A stretch of DNA of 64,000 bases. Source: the human T2T-CHM13v2.0 reference genome, Homo sapiens. A program made the position numbers and the translations under genes. Of the stretch, positions 18,692 to 31,725 are shown piece by piece. The notes under the pieces are model-generated. The model was not told where the DNA came from. It ran no database searches and worked only from the letters and a program-made list of their open reading frames with translations. How positions within the stretch are numbered: position 1 is the stretch's first letter; each line of letters opens with the position of its first letter. The DNA is taken from NCBI RefSeq assembly GCF_009914755.1, contig NC_060937.1, one strand, 5' to 3'.

Positions 18692-19758
18692 TTACCTACA
18701 CCCCCATATTAAATACCCCAGTGTGACTTATTCTAGGGGCTGGATGAGCACCAGTGCTGTGAACAGCATTCACCTTTACTTCTCCTCCCCTCTGCTCCAT
18801 GCTGTCTGGTCATCATCCGGGTGGACCAGCATCTGGCATCTCAATAGCAGCAGGACAAGAACACAAGAAATGGAGAAGTCCCCAAACAATGGTCTGGTTG
18901 TTTGGCCTTTCTTGTCATTTGAACTCCAAATAATTAAGGGATTTTTGTGTATATTTAAAACTGGCACTAGAAACAATATAAGCTAAGAAAGTGACTTAAC
19001 CAGATACGAATTTTGCTTTAGGAAAACCATGACAGCAAAAGAGCCAGACCATGTAAAATCTGTTTTCTGTTTGAAACGACTTTATTACAAAGAGCTGGCT
19101 GGTTCTGTGTCTCATGTCATGATGCTAATGAGACCAAAAAGGAAAGAGAAGTAAGACCAAGCACGCCCACCTTGTTTTAATGGGTTCTCCAATAACTGAG
19201 AGTAAGACCTCATTACCAACATGGCATGGTATTTTTTGAAAACTTTACTATGAAGCAGCATGAAGCCTCTTTCTTTCCATATAGGAAGTCAACTCTTCCA
19301 GAGAAATATTGTGGTTGTCTTGGAGCTTCAGGTGGCAACTGGAGCATCTCCTGGTACCAAGCATGGCCAGAATCCAATGATCCCACAACTCACAACTCTA
19401 TAACATGGCAGCCCCCGAGAATTCCCCGACATCCTGACAACTGGGAGGCCACTGGTAGCATTTTCTTTTCTTCCTGTGGGTCACCTCTTCTCAAAGTGTG
19501 AACCTTCCATATGCCTGCATCAAAATCCCCTGGGGATGGGGGCTGCAATGCAGATTCCCAGGCCCCCCTACTCCTATGAAATCAGACTGTCTGGGGGTGA
19601 ACTACTAGAATCTTTAAAGGAAGCAGGAACATGAGTGGGACAATCTGAATCTACAGATAAATAACACAAAGAACACATTCATTCATCATTCAGGGTCTTT
19701 CACCTTTCTGATTGAGTCAGAAAAAATACTATTATAAGCCTTGAAAGAGGCATAGGTC

Positions 19759-20057
19759 AGTACTTCTCAAAGTAGGTGTGGTAAAGGAATAATCTGTATA
19801 TTTATAAATTCCCAAGCCTTCGTGAACTAACATGTGGCACTACCGGGCTACTAAACAGCCCATGCCACACTCAACCTACCTCACATATCCAACAATACCT
19901 AGTTTGGTATGTGTGCTTGGATGTCATGATGATGTCAGATTACTGGAAACCTTTCTAAATGTTTACTTTCAATTTCTATACTTACATCTTGTTGTAGAAA
20001 GACAGCCAACAGTTCAAGAATCGACAGGATTTTACAGGTCACACTTTGAGAAGCACT
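19759..20057. mobile_element. hAT-Charlie non-autonomous DNA transposon
   Basis: Terminal inverted repeats cagtacttctcaaagt ... actttgagaagcact, about 300 bp apart. Confidence 0.7.
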
Positions 20058-20620
20058 TCTAAAAATGACTTAGATGCAAAGGAGGAAACTTGCATAGCAC
20101 TGAGCCAAGAGACCTGGCTGAGAGGTGAATCATGGCGATCATGGAGACAACAGACTTGCACTAATACCAGGCAGGACCGTGCTCCTACTGGCCAAAGAGA
20201 CTGGAAGGACAGGAAAGAAATGACCACTTAGAGAATAAATCCAGCAACTGTGTGGCAAGGGGACCATGTCGCCATGAGAAGCAGATTTAAAAGCAGCACA
20301 AAAAATGAACATACATTAGCAGAGGTCAAGTAACTGAGCCAACACACAATGAATGAAGGCTCAAAGTGTCTTCAGCGTAGCAAAGAGGCACAGTGCATAA
20401 ATGTGTAAAATGCAAAAGCCAGGGTGAAAGGGTAAAAGGTCAATGACTGACAGCAACATGTATAGCCAAAAACTCTATGTATCAGAATAAAAGAAAAATG
20501 ATAGATATTACTAGGGCAGAGAACCAAGGGCCAAGAGATTTGCGTTCTAATACTAATTATGCTACTAACCTCTTGAACTTCCTGGATGATTTGAGAACCT
20601 CTCTAGGCTTCAGGGTTTGT

Positions 20621-20940
20621 TTATTTTTTTTTCTTTTTTTGAGACAGGGTCTCACTATATGGCACAGGTGAGAGTTCAGTGGCTATTCACAGGCACGATT
20701 CCTCTACTGATCATCACAGGAGTTCTGACCTGCTCCACTTCTGACCTGGGACAGTTCATCCCTCCTTAGTCAACCTGGTGGTCTCCTGCTCCCAGGAGGT
20801 CACCATATTGAGTCAAACTTGGTGCAGACACTCGATCAGCATAGGGCACTACAGCTCAGAACTCCTGGGCTGCTCGAGCGATCCTCCTGCCTCAGCCTCC
20901 TGAGTAGCTGGGACTACAGGCACAAGCTACCATACCTGGC
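20621..20940 (-). pseudogene. Full-length 7SL (SRP RNA) processed pseudogene (RN7SL-derived)
   Basis: The reverse complement carries the 7SL S-domain that Alu lacks (aatatggtgacctcctgggagcaggagaccaccaggttgactaaggaggg..gagcaggtcagaactcc..tgatcagtag..cctgtgaatagccactg). Poly(A) remnant at 20621-20640; CpGs decayed. Confidence 0.95.
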
Positions 20941-20971
20941 TAGGTGGTTTTATTTCTCATAGAAAAGTAGG

Positions 20972-21603
20972 TGCAATGATTATTTTTGTGTGTCAACTTG
21001 ACTGGGCCATGAGGTTCCAGATGTTTGGTCAAATACTATTCTGGGTGTTTTTATGAGGGCGTTTTTGGAAGAGCTTAACATTTAAATCAGTGGGCTCAGT
21101 AAGGCAGATGGCTCTGCCTAATGCAGTGGGCCTCATCCAAACAATGGAAGGCCTGAATATAGCAAAAAGGATTACCCTCCCCAAATAAGAGAATGCTCCT
21201 CCTGCCTGGCTGCGTTTGAACTATGATGCTGGGGTTTTTTTTCCCTGCCTTTGGACTAGAACAACACCATTGGCTCTCCTGGTTCTCAGGTCTTTGGACT
21301 TGGACTGGAAGCATGTCATCAACTCTTCGAGGTCTGCAGCTCACAAACTTCAGATCTTGGGACTTAGCCTCCATAATCACACAAGTCAATTCCTTATAAC
21401 ATAGACATAGATTAGACATAGATATACACATAGAGATAGATATAGATATAGATATATATAGATGATATAGATATATGTATAGTATGGATATAGATATAGA
21501 TGATACAGATATAAACATAGATAAAGACAGGTATAGGTATAGGTATAGGTATAGGTATAATCTCCTACTGGTTCTGTTCCTCAGGAAAGCCCTGACCAAC
21601 ACA
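20972..21603. mobile_element. MLT2 (ERVL) solo LTR containing a compound (ATAG/ATATAG/ATAGGT)n microsatellite
   Basis: tgtgtcaacttgactgggcc..tttggtcaaatactattctgggtgttt..gggcctcatccaa..ctcctactggttctgttcctc..gccctgaccaacaca; microsatellite at ~21400-21560. Confidence 0.88.
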
Positions 21604-21619
21604 GTAAGGATATGAAAGA

Positions 21620-22770
21620 AAACCCATAGGGGAAAAATATATTTGGCCTTGAGATAGGCAAGGACTTCTTAGGACACAAAAAGCAAAAACACATTTTAAA
21701 AAATAAATATTTAACTTTATCAAGCTGAAAAACTTATACTCTCCAAAAGATGGTATTAAGAAAATGAAAAGACAAATTACAGACTGGGAGAAAATATTTG
21801 CAAAATTACATATCTGATAAAGAACTTGTATCTAAGAATATATGAAAAACCCTTGTAATTCAAGAAAAAGAAAAAAGAAGAGGAGGAGGAGGTGGAGGAT
21901 GGGAGAAGGGGTTGGAGGAAAGGAAAAGTCATTTTTTAATGAGCAAAAGATTTGAAGATACACTTCACCAAATAAGATGGCAAATAAATGCATTAAAATA
22001 TGCTTAATACATTTAGTCACTCAGGAAATGCATACTAAACTACATGAAATAACACTACACATTTACTAGAATGTATAAAATGTAGAAGATTGACCATGTC
22101 AAGTGTTGATATGAATGTGGAGGAACTGGAACTCTCACACATTGCTGGTGGATATGCAAAATGGTACAACCACTCCGAAAAATATTTTGGCACTTTATTA
22201 AAAGTAAAAACTACACTTAATGTTTGACCCAGCAATCCCACTTCTAGGTATTTGTCCAAGAGAAAGAAAAGCCTATTTCTATTCAAAGGCCCATATGTAA
22301 ATATTTATACCAGATTTATTCATAACAGCTCAAAACAGAAAACAATTCAAATATCCATTCATGGGTGAATTCCTATACATGCTGTGGTATGTCCATTTCA
22401 CAGAATCCTGCTCAGAAATGAAAAGGAAAGGACTACAATCTCAGAACCAGGTGGCTGCAAATCAAACACATCATGTGAAGTAAAAGAAGCCAGCACAAAG
22501 GACACCATATTGCATGGTTACATTTCTATACCACTCTAGAAAACACAAAACTAGGGTGAAGGAAATCTGGTCAGTAGCCACCAGGCACTGAGGGTCAGGG
22601 GGGCAATTGACTGCATGAGGGAAATGTTGGAAATGATGGAAAACTTTCCTACCTCAATTGTGGTAGTTGTTATGCAAGATACGCATTTATCAAAACTCAT
22701 CAATCTCTGCACTTCAAAAGAGTGAATTTTAGTGTATGTCAACCATACTTCAATAAATTGACTTGAAAGT
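21620..22770 (+). mobile_element. L1MB/MC-type 3' end
   Basis: gactgggagaaaatatttgcaa, gaactggaactctcacacattgctggtg, gacccagcaatcccacttctaggtatt, tcaaaactcatcaa..atacttcaataaa. Confidence 0.85.
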
Positions 22771-23824
22771 TTGGGTTTAATTGAATCCATTGACAAACAA
22801 GTTTCCCTCCAGTGTTGAAGACCTGTGTTTCTACTGTCAGGCCCACTCCGTCCTCCACAAGATGCACCTCCACCACCACCACCCCCACTGTGGATGGACA
22901 CTTTATTCTTCAGATGTTACACCAGACATAAGCCAGAGCTATCCATGTCTTCTGTGTACCCAACTCAAGACCATTCTAGAAAATGCTCCCTTTGGCATCT
23001 CCAACCATTTCCATGGTTCTCTTGGGTGCTCCTATTCTATGAACACAACCTTCCCCATGATCTCAGCCTGGGTTCCCTAGGACTTGTCTCCCTGAAGAAC
23101 CAGCTGTCCCAAAGCCCTGACAGGAGAAGTCTGCTCCTTTTCCTCACACCATGGGACCCCAGTCTGGATATGGAGATGATGTCTTCACACCTCCTCCTCC
23201 TCCAGCCTCTGAGGAAAGTCCATGTGGCCTTGACACCATGCAACCACTATTTTTCATCCATTACCCCCTTATTCCCTTTGCTCACCAAAGCACCGGCAGT
23301 GGACCCTCACTGTGCTGAACCAGATGTGGTCTCCACCTCGGGTGCTGCTGGGCTCTTGAGTGATTCAACTCCCTCACAAGCTTGGTGTCCAACACCTCTC
23401 AACCACGTGAACTCCTCATCCCTAATCACCTTAACCTCTGCTCCTTTTCAGCTTTTGACTTCGTGGCCATACTGAAGACCCTGGACCACCCAGGAATGTT
23501 GAATCTGTGATATCACAAATTAAAACTTCCATCTCTGATTGTAATTTCCTGTTCTCTCACGTCATTGCCTTCATTGTTCCTAGTTCTACAGTGTTCTCTG
23601 AATGTCCCACCCACTGCCTGCTCTACTGTCTCCCCATCAAGTAGCCTATCTGGAGTCCTGCTTTCCTTGGAGCCCGTGTCCCAACATGCCCCACCCCCAT
23701 CTCCTTGACGATGACCCACCTCCCTTGTGTGGTTGTGTGCCTGTCCCACCTGCTTCACAAACCTCAACCAGCTCAGTCCTTGCCTACCCTCACTTTATAC
23801 TATAAAATGTGCCAAAGTGACTTT

Positions 23825-24190
23825 GCTAATTTGAGATGTTGTAACAAATTGCCACAGACTGGGTGGCTTATCGTCAACAGAAATTTATTTCTCATGGTTT
23901 AGAAGGCTGGAAAACCAAATTTCAGATGCCAGTTTGGTCAAGTTTTGGTGAGGTCTCTTTTCTGGGTCCTAGAAGGCCAACTTCACCTTGAATCCTCACA
24001 TAGTAAAAAGAGGGCAAGAGCTCTCTGGGGGTCCGTCTAATAAAGTCACTAATCCCATTCATCAGGGCCCATTCTCATGACCTAATCACCTCCCAAAGGC
24101 CCCACTTACTATTTATAATACCATCACCGTGGAGGTTAAGATCAAGATACAAATGTTAGGGAAGATTCAAACATTCAATCCACTGCACAG
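23825..24190 (-). mobile_element. MaLR solo LTR (MLT1A/MST-like)
   Basis: gtaacaaattgccacagactgggtggctta..aaatttatttctcatggt..cactaatcccattcatcagggc..tcatgacctaatcacctcccaaaggcccc. Confidence 0.88.
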
Positions 24191-24847
24191 AGCAGACAGG
24201 ATCTCCAAAAGTTCAGGGTCACCAGCCTCCACTGGGATCCCAAATCTGATCAACAGTTTGAGGACTCTCTCACACAAGGCACTGTGAGCTGGAAGTTTTC
24301 AGGAAATAGGGAAGAAGGTGATATCATAGCAACACAGACAGCTTGGGCTGAATGTGAGAATTCCCTGTGGCCAGGCGCCCTTTGAAGCTCACCTGAGTGC
24401 CTTCCTTGGCAGTGAGCGGCCTGCCTTCTGCAGCATTGCACTCGAACCTGATCGCCTCCATGAAGAGCAGCTTCAGCTCCTGGGGAGCATGCATGTAGGA
24501 GGCCCTCAGGAGCCTACTTTCCCTCTGAAAGTGACTGTCCACATAGTTCCTCAATGAAACATAGACCAACACCATCGCCATCCCTCTAAGAAATTCTCAT
24601 GCAGATATTAAAATATTTTTTAAACTACTACTCTTGCTTATATCTTCCTAAACACTGCATGCGGGGTTGGTGACAGATGAGGGAGAAGCAGGACTACCTT
24701 TTTATTTGCCTCACCCATCCCTTACCTAGCACTTGGCATTGTGCTGTGGATCTGGCAGGCACTTATGGAAATGTGTTGGATAAATAGGGAGATGAATAAA
24801 TGGATGCACAAACAACTAAGTGAGTGTGACCACCTCATGGAAGCTGC

Positions 24848-25345
24848 CGTGGTTTTAAACTATGTCCACCAATTCTTCAGGACCCCTCCCTTCACAGGGG
24901 GAGCCCAGCTCCCTCCCCTTCCGTGTGCAAGGCACTTCGAGATTCACTTCTGACAATTAGAATGTGGTGGAGGTGCTGATGTGTGACTTCTGAGATAGGA
25001 TTAAAAGATCTTTGGCTCCCTGCTTCCTCCCCTTTTCAGATTGCTTGCTCTGGAAGAAGCCACCTGCCATGTCATGAGGAAGCTCAAGTAGCCCTGCAGA
25101 AAGGCCCACGTGGCAAAGAGCTGAGGCCTCCTGCCAATAGCCGTGGGTGATAGCCATGGTGGAGCCTTCAGATGACTGCAACCTTGGCTAACACCTTGAC
25201 TCATGGAAGACCCTGAGCCAGAGCCACCCAGCTAAGCCTCTACCAGATTCCTAACCCATAGAAAATGTGAGACAATAACTGGTTGTTGCTTAAACTGCTA
25301 ACTTGGGAGTAAATTTGTTTTTGTAGCAGTAGATAACTAACACAG
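24848..25345 (+). mobile_element. MaLR solo LTR (MLT1F-like)
   Basis: gccatgtcatgaggaagctcaag..aggcccacgtggcaaagagctgaggcc..ccttcagatgactgcaacc..ccagattcctaacccatagaaa..tagataactaacaca. Confidence 0.85.
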
Positions 25346-27284
25346 AAACTAAGTGCAGAAATGATAAAAGGATAGTGCAAAGTTCGGAGAAAGAACAGGC
25401 CAACACTAAGAATAAGCCACTACTTCAGCTATGCTAGGAAATTTTGCCAATCCCAAGGGAAGTTGGGCTTATACCTGGATTACCCCTTCTCTGTGTGCCT
25501 AAAGCAGTTTACAAGCCGCCATTATGCCATCATATGATTCACCCATGCTGTGCTTCAATACTTCACAATTCTTTCATTCTTATAACACTGAATTCCAAGT
25601 TGAAGAACCGCATTCAGATTTTATTACATTGGGGCATCTGCCAAGCTACCTGCAACACAGTCGGGACCCAAATGAAAATTGTACCTGGTTTGCACAATTC
25701 CACGGAAACTAACTCCTATCTCCATATTTCTCTTTTCCCCAAATAAAATGAGTAAATACATCTTTTGTGACGAAAGAACTTCAGAAAGAATGGTGAAAGG
25801 AAAGAAAGCACTCAGATTTGGCATGCTAACTGTGCTTTCTTCACATCTACTCATGGCTGAGTTCCCTTCAATTTCTCCCTTCCACTCAGTCTCGGACACA
25901 GAGGTACATGCAAGCACTCATGCTTGCCCATGCGGCTTGTCACTCCCAACTGGAGCAGAGAGCAGTGCTTTTAGTTTCTCTTCTGCAGGTCTTTTAGAAG
26001 GCTCTGGAAAGCCTGGGGAATCCATGCTCCTTTGTGGAGGCAGCTGTCCTTGCTGATACTTTGCAATCCGACCACATCAGTGATTCACAGATGGTCTTAA
26101 TATCTTATCAGCGTGAGCTCCCCATTGCAGAACCTTTGATCTCCTGGGGTGCAGGCTCACAGGCGCAGGACATCAACCCTGTACAGAGGCTCTGTCAAGC
26201 CCTGTCTCAGCCAAGGCTCGTGGGCAAGAGCTGATTATTGAAAACCTTAACATTCACCTCTCTCTCTAAATGCTTTTCATTTCTTTATTCACACCACACT
26301 TTTTTTAAGGTAAAAAAAAAATGTTCTCCTGTTTTACCTGTCAATTGAATATCTACCTCAGCCAATGATTACCTTGAGCACTGCAATCATGATTAACCAT
26401 TGATTCATAGCTACCCTAAGAACATGAACCTATCCGGGGAAGTTAATTATGCCTCAGCCTGACATCTCTAAATTGGCACAACTACAGACAGTTCCACAAG
26501 AAAACTAAGGAGATGACTAAGGTTTTTAAGGAGAAATTAGATGATGAAATTAAACTATTTAGTCTGGAAATAAAGGTGATGAGGGCTATTTAATGCCTTC
26601 AAGGATCAGGAAACCTTCTATCATGGTTTGCACGGAGGACAGTCATGAGGAAGTGGGTTTATGTATTGGTGTGAGGAGGATGATGGTAATAACAGACCAG
26701 AGAGTGGGGTGCTTGAGGAAGCGCAGTGCCCAGAGAAATGCTGGAGACTCTTTCTCCGTTTAATTTTTTGACTTTTGTTTCTTATCATGGGGTAGTTGTA
26801 ATATTATTAGATTAATACAAGCTCATGTTGTGTATTTTCCAGACACAAACTAATATGCTTGTGTGTGTGTGTGTGTGTGGCCTCCTTTTACAAACACTAG
26901 GGGATTACATTCTGTATACAGTTCTACAACTTGTTTTTTTTTTCCTTTAACAACATATCTTAGTCATGTGTATAGATGAGTATCTATAAACCTACCTTAT
27001 TATCTTAATACTTAGATGTAGACTTAGGAAGCTTGGGTTTCCATCGTATATACAACACAGCTTATTTAACCATTGCTTTATTGATAAACCTTTATATTAC
27101 TTTCACTTCTAATAGAACTCATGCCCACATCTTTACATACTTATATGAGTGTATCCATAGAATAAATCTCTAGAAAGGCAATAAATTCCTAGAAAATGAA
27201 TAACTAGAAAAAAGCAGTTTATTTTTAACCCCTTATAACTTTAAATATGTGTATGTATATCTTCAGACTTATGTTTAAATAAGC

Positions 27285-27480
27285 CCAGAGCTTCCAAATT
27301 GAGCTGGCGTCAGCGTCTCCTGACAGGCTTGCTAAACGCAGATTGCTGGGGCTTAGCCCAGAGTTGCTAATTCACAAGGTGCAGGATGGGGCCCCAGAAT
27401 CTGCACCTGTAACAAGAGCCCAGGTGATGGTGGTGATGGTGATGCTGCTGGTGCAGGGACCGCTGTCTGAGAACACCTGG
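27285..27480. mobile_element. MER5A-like hAT MITE
   Basis: cagattgctgggg..ggggccccagaatctgca..aacaag..ccaggtgat..gctgctggt..gggacc..tgagaacac. Confidence 0.75.
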
Positions 27481-30116
27481 ATTAAGCCCTGCACCTGCCT
27501 GTGGGAGGAGGACAGTAACATCTCATCCATATCTGGGAGCCAGAGCTGGCGTTTTGTTTTTTGTTTGTTTGTTTCCAAATGCACTGGGTCTGTGATTGTG
27601 GGAGCCCACCTCAGGCTTCTCTGCCTGGGCCTTGCCAGGTGAGCGAGAAGCTGGTCCCGTGAGGAGCAGTCCAATCCGGCCCATGTTGCACAGCCTCGTG
27701 CCCAGGCCCTGGAGCTAGCAACTTGCCCGACACAGCCTGCTCCTTCCCAGAGGGCAGCCCCCATGCAGGCTGCTTCCCACGGTGTCTCAGCAGGTCCTCT
27801 GCAGATTTTTCCTCCCACCTTTTTTATGGTGTCCAAGACATGACCACAACCACCACCACCAAACTCTTCCATCCCTGACAAACAGTTCCTATGTTATTTT
27901 AGAAAAAGTCTCTCCCCACAGTATGGCAGGAGCACTTCCCATAGTGCCCCCTTCGGCTTTATCTTCAACGATATCTCAAGGCCTGCCAAGCATTCTGACA
28001 TCATGAGATTAGACTCCACTGTGTACTGGCAGGTTTGCATTTTTTAGATGTCATATTTTAAAGCACAAGACAGGGGCCATGTGGTGGGAGGGACAGTGTG
28101 AGGCCCATTCCCTGTTCCCAGGGCACAGACTGCTGTGACATTTGCTCTCTTGAGAACTTAGCAAGGGCAGGCAGAGGCAGCTGACCGAAAGTAACTCCGT
28201 GCAAAAGTGGCCCAGCCACTCACGGCGACACTTAATTGAGAGGAATGAGGGCCAGAATTCAAGTCCAGGTTCATGGACAAGTCATGTCCTTTTCAAGACC
28301 TACACTGGAAGCCACATCTATGGCCCTTGCTCAGTGTCTCCTTAGTAACCATCGTGGTGCCTCACATGGTGAAAGCTTGACAAACTTTGAAGGACTTCAG
28401 CACATGTGGTCTCATTCATTCTACAAAGTCAAGATGTCTTTAACTCTCCTACCTATTTCTTGGGAATAAAACAGAGCTTGAATGACTTTAGTGATAAATA
28501 ACTTTGGAATAGCAACTCCACATCTTTCCATGCATTGCAGCCTCATGGCATCCGTGTGAGGGAATGTCATTATTATCCCATTTTAGAGGTGCAGTGGGTG
28601 AGGTTGGAAGAAGTTTTGACTTTTCTGAAGAAACTTAACTAGAACATGAAAGAGTTCATTCTGAACCCAAGTTCCAGGTTTTTCTATCACTGTTCCATTG
28701 GCTTCCTTTATTTCTGTTAATAGTGTGATTGCTAAGAATAAATGCCTAACATTTACTAAGTGCCTCTATGAGCCAAGTAACACAGTAAGGAATTGCACAT
28801 GGATTACCTCAGGGCAAGGCAGAGGGGTGCATGGCCGGCCTGCAGGACAGCCCAGCAGCGGGAGCATCAGGGCAAGCTGAGAATCCATTTAGGAGATGGG
28901 GCCTACTAGTATTTCCATTCTACAGATGCCTAAACTAAGGCTTGGATGAGTTAACTCACTCCCATGAGGACACAGAGCCAGCAGGTGAAGATGGAGCCAT
29001 GATACCTAACTCAGCACTCTGTCTCCAGAGCCAACGACAGGTCCTGGAACCATTAGCCGTATGGCGACTACTTCTCAATTCATTATCAGCACCTCTCATT
29101 CATTTCACATGCAAGCCAGCTTCTTAGAGGAAACAGCATTAATTATGTAGACATATGTTTATGTTGGTCAATGGACTTCTTGCTGTTGTTATATGGCTTG
29201 AGGATTGGTCTCCTCTTTTACGACAATAGTCATAGAAAATGTTTCACAAGTATATTACAGAAGTGACAGCATATATCAAAGACACTCCGTTAAAGATGAA
29301 AGTGTAGAAACGCCAGGTTTTCTGGGAAGGGGTCGCCCAAGGGAAAGAGTTGAAGATTGAAGGTTGATAGGAACAGCCTGTGTTCAAAGACAGTCATGAG
29401 TTTACGAAGCTGTGGAATGTTTATGGAGGACATCGGCCATCCAACATGAGGATGAACTTCATTCCCCGAGGCCTGGCGCAGGATGGAGCTGTGATTACGT
29501 GGGCTGTCCTTTGCACGGGAACAGGGGCTCCATCGATGAATAACAGGGGGTACCTCCAAAAGGCCACGCTGACTCTGGGAATTGCTTTGAATTTCAGGCT
29601 TAGAGAGCTGGGGCTGGAGTGCTGACCATGACTTTGAAGCTAAAAGCAGTGTGTGCTCTGAGGCAAGGAGCTGCAGCTTGGACCTGAGCCCTGGGAAGCT
29701 GCCCAGAGGCACTGCATGGCAGAGCAGGCTGGGGGCAGGAGCAGAGACAGCTCTTTACCGAGACCAGCTCCAAGACAGCTCGCCCCTAATAAGGAAGTAG
29801 AGTGGCACTCCCCCATACCTCATCTCAGAGACCTCCCAGGTCCTTCAGCCTCGCTGAAGGAAGGCCGAGCCTCTGTGGGGCCCTGAGATGTTAGGGCTGA
29901 GCAGATTCTAAAGCAGGACTCTCAGTCCTGAGCAGCAGAAGATCAGATGAGGGTGAGAACTGCCCCCAAACTGAGCTGCCAGTTAGATTCAGAAATGTGC
30001 TCAGGCTGGTGGGTAGAGCTGCCTGACACTTTATTCCTTTTCTTCATGTCATTTACTGTAATATTAATAATCTCTGGTTACACATCATCTCTAAATGTCA
30101 CGATCTTGAAGGTCAG

Positions 30117-30555
30117 TGTTAGGGGTGAATTGTGTCTCCCAGAAAGCCAAGTTCAAGTTGTAAACCGTACCTGTGAATGGGACCTTATTTGGAAATAGGT
30201 ATTTGTGAATGTGATCGAGTTAAAATGAGGTCATGCTGGCTTACCTGGGGACTTAATCCAATGATGGAGGTCCTCCTAAGAGGAGGAAATTTATACCGAG
30301 ACACACAGGGAAGACCTCAAGTGACCACAGAGGCAGAGACGGGAGCGATGTGGCTGGAAGCCGAGCAATGCCAAGGACTGCATCAGCACTAGAGGCTGGA
30401 AGCAGGGGAGACCCTTTCCGGAGCCTTCAGAGGGACCACGGCCTGTGGACCCCATGATTTTGGACCCTCAGCCTCCAGAACTGTGAAAAAACACACTTCT
30501 TGTGTCAAGCCCGAGGTTGTGGCAATTCATTGCAGTGGCCCGAGTGCACTAAGAT
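30117..30555 (+). mobile_element. MaLR solo LTR (MLT1C-like)
   Basis: tgttaggggtgaattgtgtctccc..gaccttatttggaaatagg..gagccttcagaggga..cagcctccagaactgtga. Confidence 0.88.
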
Positions 30556-31181
30556 CAAAGTCCTAAAACCTTTGTTTTCCATAGGAGGATATCGAGGCTC
30601 AGAACACTGTCCCTCCACAAAAGGGTGGCACTGCTAAGACTAGGCCCAGACCTTCTCCGTCAGCCCTGTTCTCAGGGATCCCTTGGCGATGGGACCTGAA
30701 GTTCTGGAGGGAGCTGCCACAGCAGCATGGATCCAGGAGGCTCCCGGGTCACATGCTTGGGGCAGTCGGAGGTTCCAAGTGTGGTGCCAAGTGCCCAGTT
30801 GAGTTGTTGGCACTTCTGGCCTTTGGAGTCACTCTGTGGACGCTGGTAAGTCATCAAAGAGGGTGTTGCCTCTGTGAACGTCAGGGGCACAGCCTAGCGG
30901 AGAGTGGGCCTTGGGGACATGGGGACCCCTAATTTAATATAGACATGGCACACAAGGCAGTGGAGGCAGCTCCTGTCAGCACCCTGGGGCGGCAGACAGG
31001 CTGGAACCTGTGGTCTCGGGATCAACCACCCTGGGAAGCAAAACGTACTTCCCGCCGTTCTCCACACTGAGGCGCCATTAACAAGGCCCTAGCAAGCAAC
31101 TAGGCCTGGCTCGGGCAAGGCCGCCACTTCCGTAAGCTTTAGAGCCAAAGACAGCAGGTGCCCAAGGGAGGCACTGCACCA

Positions 31182-31725
31182 GTGTGAGAGTGTGAGTGTG
31201 CAACAGAACACACGTGTGTGAGTGTGTGACAGTGTGTGGGTTTGATTGTGAGCATGCTGTGATTGAGTGTGTGTAACATCATGTTAGGTATGGGCGAGTG
31301 TGCATGTGAGTGTCTACAAGCATGAGTGTGTCACAGAGTGTGTATGTGAATAAGTATAGGAGTGTGTGTGAGAATGTGTGTGCACGTGCAAGAGTGAGAG
31401 GGTGTGTGCGTGTGTGACTGCCTGTGTTGGGTGTGTGTGAGTATGGGCCTGTGTGTGTATGTATAAGTTTGTGAATAAGTGTGCATGTGTGTGGGTAGAG
31501 ATGAGTGTGAATGTGTGTATATGTGTATGTGCATGAGGTTGTGTGGGCTGTGGATGTGCATTTATGAGTGTGGATGTGCAAGTATACACCTGTGTGCATG
31601 TATGAGTGTGTGTGTGAGTTTGTGAATAAGTGTGTGAGTGTTGATGTGGTTGTGTACATGTGAGTGTGTGTGTGGCTGTGGCAGTGTGTGTGTGTGTTTC
31701 TAAGTGAGTGTAGGAGTGCAAGTGT
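31182..31725. repeat. Degenerate (TG)n/(CA)n low-complexity tract, ~540 bp
   Basis: Continuous imperfect alternating TG; it generates the His/Thr-rich spurious ORFs. Confidence 0.95.

Noticed and set aside
22825-23475. 216-aa ORF with poly-Pro
   Set aside because: The poly-Pro comes from a CCA microsatellite. The rest has no recognisable homology and may be degraded L2 sequence.
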